Under the pieces are notes generated by a model, which worked only from the letters and a program-made list of their open reading frames with translations, was not told the origin of the DNA and did no database searches. From contig MEDY01000158.1 of the NCBI GenBank assembly GCA_001724265.1, positions 1 through 64,000 on the forward strand: a stretch of DNA of 64,000 nucleotides, given 5' to 3'. This stretch comes from Rhizaria sp. SCN 62-66 (Eukaryota). Each line of letters starts with the position of its first letter. The stretch's first letter is position 1. Made by a program: the position numbers and the translations under genes. Positions 51,918 to 61,492 of the stretch are shown in pieces.

Positions 51918-52988
51918 TTACGCCCAGACCTTAAGGACAGTGTCCCAGGAGCCGGTACAAAGCGCCTTGCCGTCGTTGTTGACGCCCAGGCACGACACGC
52001 GGTTGTCGTGGCCCATCGTGTGAATCAGCGAACCGTGCGCCGTGTCCCACGCGTAGCAGTGGTGGTCGTCGTAGCCAGCAAAGAGCACCTTGCCGGTGTG
52101 GGAGAAGGCGACGGAAGTGATGCCGCAAAGGATCTTGTCCGAGGAGTAGCGGTTGATCTGTGAGATAGCGCGCACGTCAAAGAGACGGCACGTCGAGTCG
52201 TCGGAGCCGGTCGCGAAGGCGTTGCCGTCGGGGAAAAACGCGACAGAGTTGACATCGGACTGGTGGCCGCGGAAGGTCTTGATGCAAGACGACGTGTTGC
52301 CACCGCGCGGGGGCGCGCGCATGTCCCAAAGCTTGGCCGAGGCGTCGACGGAGCCGGAGACGAAAGTGTTGCCGTGGATCGACACAGACATGACGTCGCC
52401 GTAGTGGCCCTGGTACACCTGCACAGCGGTGCGCTTGTTGATGTCCCAGAGCATGCAGGTCGAGTCACCGGAGGACGTGAGGATCTCGTTGTCGTTAACG
52501 AAGCGGCAGCACGAGAGATAACCCTCGTGATTCTGCAGCTCGGCAGACGCGTTAATGCGGACGTCAGCAGAAGTCACGGAGGCGTCCTTGAGTTTGTACA
52601 CGGAGCAGAGGTTGTCGAGGCCACCGCAGGCAACAAGGGAACCTGACTGCGAGTACGCGCAGGTCATAACCCAGGAGGAGCGGAGGTGGATGGCAAAGAG
52701 CTTATTGGAAGTGAAGGCATTCCAGATAATGAGCTTGCCGTCCTGGGAAGCAGAGACGAGGTTGTGGGCAACGGCGGGGGACCACTGCATTGCGTAAATC
52801 TTGCCGAAGTGGCCGCGCAGCGTGCGCTTGATAGCCATCTTGCACTCCATGCGCGGCGTGGCGCGCTGCGAGGCCTGGATCTGAAGAGCGGGGTGGTTGT
52901 CCGCCTCCTCAGCCTTGGCCTCGATTTGCGCCTGCATCTGTTCGATGGCGTGCCGGCAGCGGTTCACCATTCCCTGAATATCAGCCAT
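51918..52988 (-). CDS. GNB: Heterotrimeric G-protein beta subunit
   Basis: N-terminal coiled coil; [84 protein letters not shown]. Start at ATG 52988; stop TAA. Confidence 0.97.
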   Translation of the reverse strand: MADIQGMVNRCRHAIEQMQAQIEAKAEEADNHPALQIQASQRATPRMECKMAIKRTLRGHFGKIYAMQWSPAVAHNLVSASQDGKLIIWNAFTSNKLFAIHLRSSWVMTCAYSQSGSLVACGGLDNLCSVYKLKDASVTSADVRINASAELQNHEGYLSCCRFVNDNEILTSSGDSTCMLWDINKRTAVQVYQGHYGDVMSVSIHGNTFVSGSVDASAKLWDMRAPPRGGNTSSCIKTFRGHQSDVNSVAFFPDGNAFATGSDDSTCRLFDVRAISQINRYSSDKILCGITSVAFSHTGKVLFAGYDDHHCYAWDTAHGSLIHTMGHDNRVSCLGVNNDGKALCTGSWDTVLKVWA

Positions 52989-54205
52989 GGTGGTGCCTGT
53001 GGGGAAGAAAAAGAAAGGGCAGCGAGAGGGCAAGGCGTGGCAAGAAAAGAATAGCGGCGTGAGGACGAGAGAAGCGGAGCAAATGAGCCGGATGAAGGGG
53101 ACGCGAGAGCTAGGTCGAGGGGGGCTCCGGCCCCCCCCCTCTGAGACTAGGTCACGAACGCGGCAGATACCGCGCGCTGGTATCACTGCAGCGCAGCTGG
53201 GTCGGCATGCCCGATTATCTGGCATGCGCTGCAGTCGCGCTGAGCAACGCCCCAAGAAAACAACGAAGCCCCGGCCGCGCCAGAGGTCTGAAGTAGGACC
53301 CGCCCCAGAGGGCTCGTCACTGCTGTGTGAATCCTCTAGGGGCATACATTTTAGGGATATTCGATCTCTAGGAAGCCGCTGTGCCTAAAGAAGTAATAAA
53401 AATGCAAATAAAAGACACGAAACAGTTTACACAAAAATTGAATGCTCTCCAAACGGCCTCACCACGCCTAAATGTCATCTGCAAGCCTGCCCATTGAGTT
53501 TGGGCTTGCTTGACGGCCGGCCCTTAGACTGTTTTTTTCGGTCCACTCTGGTCAGGCTTCGGTCCTCGTCGTTCGGCGATTCAGTGGGGTGCTTTCTTTG
53601 GTGGGACTAAAATATTATTATCGGAGGTATGATCGCCTCAAAAACGCTTCATTTTGAAATATATTATTTGCGAGATGAGTGTATATGTTGTGCTCGCAAT
53701 TTTAAATTCGAGCAGAGTGAATCCATTACGAGTTGCGAGTCAACTCAATGCATCCGTTCTTTCAGAAAAGTAACCAAGCTGAGCTAGAAAATATATCACT
53801 CCAACGTTGTATAATAGGGAGAAATAGATGTCATGAGATGAACATTGAGCCATGAGAGGTATGTATTGGTGTGAGCATCCAATAAATTACGAAGTTGCCT
53901 ACTTCCAGAAAGCAACACCTAAAGCACCTGCCACCGCGAAACGCGCAGGCTTGTGCTTCAGGAAGAAAGATGACCACTTCCCCAGCGACAACACACGAGT
54001 ATGCGCGCATAGAGAGATGTCACCTCGGGGAGGATATTGAGCAGAAGACGTGGTTGCTACACCACGTCGTCGACGTCATCACCGCGCTAGTTTAACTTTA
54101 ACACTCTTTTGTCAGCTCCCAACACACTACGGTGGATGAGACCGGCATGCCAGGAGTGTTATGAAGACAGAGAGTGATGATAGTTAGTTAGGGGAGGCAA
54201 ATAAC

Positions 54206-55129
54206 TTACTGCTTGTTGTCCTTGAAGGTGGCGATGTACCACTTCTGGACGGCATCGAAGCCCGCGAGCACACCGGCACCGGCAACACCACGGAGGATGT
54301 TGGCACCAGCACCCTTCATGAAGGCGGAAGCACCGTCCTTCTTGAGGATCTGAATACCGCAGTCAATGGAGTTCTTGTACTTGGCACCAGAGCCGACGGT
54401 CATCATCATGCGACGGCGGATGGTGTCGAGGGGGTACGACAGGAGGCCGGAGACGACGGTGACACCGTAAGCGAGGCAGAAGGAGAGGAAGACGGAGGCA
54501 TCCTTGCCGAGGAGGAGGGGGCGGAGGGTGTCGTAGAGGCCGAAGTAGAAGCCACGGTAGACGATGATACCAACGCACGAGATGACGAAGCCACGGTAGA
54601 GGCCGGCAATACCGTCGGTGGCGAGGGTCTTCTTGTAGACGTCAACGAGGCCGTTGTACTGGCGCTCGCCGCCCTTGGACTTAACGTCGGAGGCAAGACG
54701 GGTACGGGCGAAGTCGAGGGAGTAGACGAAAGCCAGGGAGAGGGCACCAGCAGCACCGCCGGAGGCGATGTTCTTGGCGAGCTTGGACGCAGTGGACTCG
54801 TTCTTCTTGGTGGCGAACATCTCCTTGATGGTGTCCTTGAAGGCGAAGTTCAGGGCCTGGGTGGGGAAGTAACGGACGACGTTAGCAGTGTTGCCGCGCC
54901 AGAAGGAGGAGAGACCCTCAGTCTTCATGGTGTGGGTGGTGCAAGCCCAGACACCGCCGTAGGACTTCTCGAGACGGCCAGACTTGATCATCTCAGCCTC
55001 GTTCTGGACGAGGAGCTTCACGCGCTCGATGGGAGCAGCGACGGTCTTGGCAGCGATGGCCGCAGCACCGGAGAGAAGGAAGTTCTCAAGGAAGCTGAGC
55101 TTGGAGGAAGAAGCAAGAGACTCACTCAT
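54206..55129 (-). CDS. AAC: Mitochondrial ADP/ATP carrier
   Basis: [52 protein letters not shown] signature. Start at ATG 55129; stop TAA. Confidence 0.97.
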   Translation of the reverse strand: MSESLASSSKLSFLENFLLSGAAAIAAKTVAAPIERVKLLVQNEAEMIKSGRLEKSYGGVWACTTHTMKTEGLSSFWRGNTANVVRYFPTQALNFAFKDTIKEMFATKKNESTASKLAKNIASGGAAGALSLAFVYSLDFARTRLASDVKSKGGERQYNGLVDVYKKTLATDGIAGLYRGFVISCVGIIVYRGFYFGLYDTLRPLLLGKDASVFLSFCLAYGVTVVSGLLSYPLDTIRRRMMMTVGSGAKYKNSIDCGIQILKKDGASAFMKGAGANILRGVAGAGVLAGFDAVQKWYIATFKDNKQ

Positions 55130-55862
55130 GGCGACTGGACAGAGCAACGTAGCAAGCAAAGAAACAAAGAAATGGTGAGGAGGACAAGCTAGGGTGAGCG
55201 GAGTTTTTGGGCGCGGACGAGATCTCCGGGGGCATCAAACGCGGTGGATAAAACGAAAAAACAAGTGCGCAATGGGGTTTCGCGGAGAAACACCCGTGGG
55301 CTGCGCTACATGAAAGACAGACACGCTTTGACAGCGTGTGAACACGGTTTTCGCCGCGAAACTTAAATTGATGACAGGCCGAAGTAGGGGACGCGGTCGG
55401 GCCGCCACGGAGACGTCGCGAATAGGCAACATTGCGAACCAAGCAAGAAAAATGAATCACGAAACAAATACGTGGCAACGCGGGCCACCGTAATTGCGCA
55501 TCTGCAATCTCTAAGACTGCGCGGGGCGTTCGCTTTGTTCGCTGCGAAAGAAGCGACGAGTCCGTCCTCTGTCTCGCCTCCCCGCTCTGCCGGGGCTAAG
55601 GGCTCGACCCCTTAGACGGTCGCTCACCAGATGACCGTGAGCAGCGTCTGCTGACTGCAACTTGTGGCTTAGATTTGGGGTTATTCAACTGATATCAAAG
55701 TACTATCTATGAAGATACTTCTCATGAATATAGGAACAATGCAGTTTGGTCTGTATTTTTGTTAACTTAAATCTGAAAGGGAGCATATCACCAAACGCAG
55801 AGACACTGGGACCGGGCTCGGCCAACTTGACGCGCCCTCTGTAACGCGCTTTTCCGGCCAAC

Positions 55863-56510
55863 TTAGACGTAATAATACCCGTATGCAGGCTGGACGCTGC
55901 GGTATGTCACCGGCACGTAGCGGTACCCACTGCGGTAGTTGTAGTTGCGAGGCTGTGTGTTCGTGTTGTAGTAGATGTTACCGCGAGTGCGATAACGCAC
56001 CGGACCAGGGCCTGGAGCTGGGCCAGGAGCGGGCGGGCGCGGACGCGGGTTGGGACGCCAGTGGGGCGGGAAAAACGGCCACGGACCGGGCCCGGGCGCG
56101 GGCGCGGGGGGACGTGGCCGCGGCGGCTGCGGCTGCGGGGGAGCGCGCTGGGTGCAGAGGCGCTGCAGCTGGAAAGGGTTCATCGAGCGGCATGTTAGAT
56201 ACGGCTCGAAACCGCGCTGGCAGCAGTACCGCGGGTCGATCGGCTGCGAGAGGTCCACGGGGGCCGGCGCCGGGGCCGGGGCAGGCTCGGGAGCGGGCTC
56301 AGGGGCCGGAGTAGGAGTGTCGGTTTCCGTCTCGTCGGGAGTTGCGGTCTCATCAGTGGTGTCTGACGACAAGGGGGCGGGAACCTCCTCGCCGAGGCCC
56401 TCGTTGCGGTGCTTGAGCGAGGGGTCCGCTGAGTCGAGCGCGGTGGCGGAGAGCACAGCGACCGCGAGGGTCGCGAGCAAGAGCAGGAGCGTCAGGCGTG
56501 AGCGGGCCAT
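55863..56510 (-). CDS. Secreted Pro-rich protein with a small Cys cluster and Tyr/Arg-rich tail
   Basis: Signal-peptide-like MARSRLTLLLLLATLAVAVLSATA, acidic/Thr linker, PAPE/PAPA repeats, YCCQRG...C...C; stop TAA. Confidence 0.75.
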   Translation of the reverse strand: MARSRLTLLLLLATLAVAVLSATALDSADPSLKHRNEGLGEEVPAPLSSDTTDETATPDETETDTPTPAPEPAPEPAPAPAPAPVDLSQPIDPRYCCQRGFEPYLTCRSMNPFQLQRLCTQRAPPQPQPPRPRPPAPAPGPGPWPFFPPHWRPNPRPRPPAPGPAPGPGPVRYRTRGNIYYNTNTQPRNYNYRSGYRYVPVTYRSVQPAYGYYYV

Positions 56511-57058
56511 GCTGTGCGAGAGAGTGGGATAGGACGCGAACAGAAGATCGAGCGCGATGATACTAAGAGCTGCAACATAAATAATAATGAATATAGATAC
56601 AATAACTATTTATGTATCCGAACGTGCGAAGTTCGAACTTGAATTTATCAGTATTTCACTTAAAGGCAATCATTGCAAATCACTTACGATGTCGATGTCA
56701 CCGTGGTTCGCAAAAAAATCGTGAAGCAGCCAAAAACAAGGACTCGCCGTTCAAATCTTCGAGGGAGTAACTCTCTCTGCCGCAATCCAGCACTTATACT
56801 GAAATAGAATGTGATTGTCGCGCTTGATTTACGACCGTTTTTGTGTTTAAATACTGTGTTGAACGATCATATCCCGCAGAATTGACAAATTCTTTATCGT
56901 CGAAGCACCGAATTACAAGCGCTTCAACCTCATTAAGCAGCGCTAGCGCCATGAAACTACGCTTATAAGTACCATGTGCAATGTTTTTTTTATTTCACGT
57001 TGTTTTCTATAGACTTGACACAAAAGCAGACACTTAAATCTCTTTCCTCGCGTGCAGC

Positions 57059-58730
57059 ATGGACTTTCGGGGGGACGTCGAAATTGGCGCCTCTCAGGGC
57101 GGTGGATACCACGCACGAACCGGGACACAAACCCGGTCCGGAGTGCCTGCCACGCCCAACAGTGCTTTGCAACCCACCCTCGGACCCTCACGGCCGCCGT
57201 CCTGGCACCCCAGCCAAGTGTCTATGCGTTCCCACGGCCCTGCCCCCACATCCTCGTCATCGTCCTCAGCTTCGTCGTCATCATCATCATCATCGTCGTC
57301 GTCAGCTGCAGCAGCAGCGCAGGGCGCAACTGGCCCTGGTCCGGCGCGCTTGCCCGTTGCCACGCTGACGCCCGAAGGCACGGCCTCGCTCTACAAGCTC
57401 GTCAACACGCTCGCTGCATCGCTCACACCGCAACTCGCAGCCGCGCTCATGGTCGAGCCTCCTTCGTCTATCGCGGCCGCCACACCCGCTACCGCTGCTG
57501 CAGAGGGCTCCGCGGGTGAGGACGTGCTGCTGGACGCGTTTCTGCTGCAGCACTCTCGCGCATACGCCTTCCCTTCCCCTGTAGACTCTGCCGCCGCCAC
57601 CGACGCCACAAACGACGGAGGCAACGGCGGCAACAGCAGCAGCAGCAGTGGTAGTAATGTGAACAATGTGAGCGCTGCAGACGGACCCGGTGCTCCATAC
57701 CCGCAACTCGCCGCCGCGCTACTGTGCGCGCGTGTTCTTAGCCCCTCTTTCTGTCCACCGCCACCCTCCGCAGCTACAGCAACAACAACAACATCAGTCT
57801 CAGTCTCAGTCTCCAGCACAACTAGCTCGAGTTCTGGCTCTAGTTCAAGCACTGGCGCTGGCTCTGGCGCTGGCGCTAGTGGAGTGGTGGTCTTACAGTC
57901 TACGCTGTGGGCTGCCCCGGCGCGCGCGCACCGGCTCCGCGTTCTGCGCTGTCTCCGTGTGCTATCCCGTGATGGACGCCTCGCTGAACGCTTGCTCTAC
58001 CCGCGTCCCTTACCTGCGCCCCTCACAAACGCCTCAGCCGCTGCTAGCAATGCTGCGGCGGCGGCGGCGGTGTCGGGTCTTGACTACCCCGCGGCGGTCG
58101 CGGGGCCCGGCGACGTGCCGCCACCGCTGCGCGCGCTGTCTCGAGCGCTGTCGGTCCACGCGCAGGCGCACTTCGCGGCGGCGGCGGCGGCGGCGGGCAA
58201 GCCTGGCGCCCCCGCGCTGCGTGGCGTGACTTGGGAGCGCTCTCCGCCGCTTTACTTAGAGGAAACACTCGGCGAGCTCACGTCTCTTGTCAAGCGCGTT
58301 GCGCTGCTTCCGCTCCTTGTCCCCAGCAACAACAACACCAGTTCGAATGCGAGTTCAAGTGCTGGGGTGAATAGTGACAACGGCAGTGCGATGTTGATGG
58401 CAAACGAGCTGCTTTTGCGTGCAGACGCGCATGCACCGTTGCTGCTATTGCTTTGCTCTGCGTCGCCCTTTGTTGTGCAAGCCGCGCTTGTTGCGCTGTT
58501 GCACTTGCGTGGTGCCGCGGCAAACGCGGCCGCGCAGGGCACGTCCGCCGCCGCCGCCGCCGCCGCCGCGGGCTTCGCTGTTACCACCACTGCCACGACT
58601 ACCGACGGCGAGGTGGAGGCTGAGCTGGCCGCCGCGGAGGCCAGCGTTGCAGCGGCGGCGGGCGCGGCGGCGGCGGCTGTGGCGGACGCGATCGCGGCGT
58701 TTTCGTTCCCTCACGCGCGCGTTTGCGCCC

Positions 58731-58772
<42 letters not shown>

Positions 58773-61461
58773 GCAATAGCAGTGCAAATAGTGAAGAATT
58801 GTACTGTTGCTGTGCGCGCGACGGCCCCGGCGGTGCGCCGTGCCCACCCCCGCCAGTCTTCAGCAACAACACGAGCATCGGGCGCAATAACGCTGATAAT
58901 GACAACAATGACGCTGCCGCCGCTGCCGCTCGCGAGTGGGCATGCTGGGACCACGCTTATATGAGCGACCGTGACCGTGACCGTGCGCAAAGTAACCGTG
59001 AGCGCCTCACAACTGACCGTGAGCTCGGTGACGACGCCGCGAGTGATTCCGACAACGACTGGGGTTCTGGCGGGGGCAACGCCCTCACGGCCGCGCTCGC
59101 GATCGTTGCCGGCACTGCGCCGTGCTTCCGCGTTCACAGCAGTTACAACAACAGCGGGAGCACTGAGCGCGCTACTTCCGCCAACTCTAGCAGCGCAAGC
59201 GCAAGCTCTCTCGTCGCGCTGCGCCGCCTCGCAGCCGATCTGCTCGCGTTTCTCCTGCACAACTCTGCCTTGGCGCGCGCGCGCTTTGCCGCCGCGGCGG
59301 GCGCGCCGCGTCTCGTCGCCGCCGTCGCCGCGCTGACCCCGGCGCGCGCGCTTCTGCGGGGCCGGCCCGCCGCAGCCCTGGCCGCCGACGCGGAAGACCT
59401 GCTCTGCTCGCTGCTGCGGCTGCTGGGGGACGCCGCCGCACACTGGGGGTCTGCGGAGGCCGCACTCGCCGCCGGCGCGGCGCCGCTGCTGTTGCACGCG
59501 CTGCACTCCACTGTTGCCCCGCAGCAACAGCACGCGCTCGCGGCCGACTCGTCATCATCGTCATCCTCTGCGACTACGACTGCGAGTACAAGTGGGTCTG
59601 TGACCGCGGCGGCGCCCGTGGTCCCGGCCGGCTGGGCCGCGGCAGCACTAGGCGCGGGCTTCCTCCCGCTCCGCGCCGACTCCGCCCCCGCGGCGCTGCG
59701 CGCGCTGTCCGCGCTGTCCTTCGCGCCCCTGGGGTAGCCCGTTCGCCCCAGTCCGTTGTTAGACGTGTTGGGCCCCAGTGTGCGCCCGCTGTGTCTGCCG
59801 CCGCCGCGGTCGGAGCTGTGGTGTTGGCGCCGCGCCGCCGCCGCCGCCACGGCCCTTGCGCAGTTGCTGCTGCATGACGCACGCCCTGCGCCGCGCCGCA
59901 TCCGCTACCGCGCGCCTGGCACGTCGTCGGCGACAGCAACAACAACAGCAGCTCAGCCTCTCGGAACCACTGCGACCGCGAGTGTGAATGAGACTGATAC
60001 CGTGGGTGAGACTGCGATGGCGCTCCAGCCGCGGTCTAGCGCCGTGGCGGACGCCGTCCTCGCGGCTGGCGGCGCCGGCACTGCCGCGCTGCTCTTCGCC
60101 CAAGCGCACCCGCACGCGCAGCCGCAGGCGCCGGAGGCTCCCGGCCGCGCTGCCGCGGCGGCGAGCGACGCGCAGACGGCGCTGCTGCGGGTGCTGGCGC
60201 TGCTGCTGAGCCCGCCGCCCCCGCTCGCGCCGCCGCCGCCCGCGGCGCTGCCCGCGCTGCCGCACGGCTGCTGCGGCCCCGCGCTGTGCGCCACCGCGCT
60301 CGCCGCGCGCGACTGCGAATGCGACTGCACGCAAGAGAGTTCGCGCGGTGACGGCGGCAGCGCCAGCGGCGGCGAGAGCGGTGCCGCGACGGTGGATGTG
60401 GTGTTGCCGGCGGCGCTGCTGCTGGCGGGTCCCAGCGCGCTGCCCGCCGCGCTGAGCTCCGTCGCCGCGCGGCTCGGCGCGTGGCTCCGTCCGCTCGCCG
60501 CAGCGCACGCAGCAGCACCGGCCCCCGCGCTCGCGCTCGCTCTCGCTCCATCAGTCACCGTCTCGGCCGACTGGACGGGGGTCGAGTCCGGGGAGTGCGA
60601 CGGCTGCGCGCCACACGCGGCCGCGGTCGCGAGGCCGTGTCTCGTCGACTTGCTCTCGCCGTTGCTGCCGCCGTCAGTCCTCACCTCGCTTCTGGCCGCG
60701 GTCGCGCCCGCCAGCGCAAGCGCTGGCTCCGCGAACAACAGCAGCAGCAGCGGCGGCAATGGTAATGGTAATGGTAATGGTAATGGTAATGGTAATGGTA
60801 ATGGTAATGGTAATGGTAATGGTAATGGTCTTGTCACCGTGTCGGCCGCGTTGGCGACCGCGGGCGCGGCGGCGGCTGACCCGTCCGTGCTGCGACCCGC
60901 TCTCAGGCTCTGGGCCGACCATCTCTCAGGCCTCTCAGCTGCCGCAGCCGCCGCTGGCGACCGACCGTTCTCACCGTCCCAGTCTGGCACCGCTGCCCAG
61001 CAAGGCGGGGGCGGTGGGTTTTTTGCTCCAACGCAGACGCAAGGGCTTGGCCCCGCGACACCGTCCTCTGCTGCGGGCGGCGTCCGGCCCCGGTCTTTCA
61101 GCCGCACCTCCACCGCGACCGGCACGGGAACTGGCGGCCAGTGGGTCACAGGTACTGGAACCAGTGGTAGCGGGTTACCCGCGGCCCCACTGTCCCCCGG
61201 CGCTGCCGCGGCGTTCGCGGCCGCAGCGCACGCCGCGCACCTCGACGCCGCGGCCGCCGCCGCCTGCGCCGCCGCCGCTGCAACGGTCTCCCCGCAGTCG
61301 ACCACCGCCATGTCGCAGCGCGGCTCGCCGTTGACCGGGGCCGGAGACAGCGGCAACGACTTGGACTTTGACGCGGCCGCGGAGGCCGTGCGTGGTCTGC
61401 GCGCGCTGGCGGCTGCGGGCGGCGCGGGCGCGGCGGCGGCGGCGCTGGCCACGGCCGGCGC

Positions 61462-61492
<31 letters not shown>

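Noticed and set aside
52989-53345. N-terminal extensions in the ORF track for G-beta (likewise RAB8, AAC, BI-1, POLE3)
   Set aside because: They translate pyrimidine-rich upstream tracts; family homology starts at the downstream ATG.
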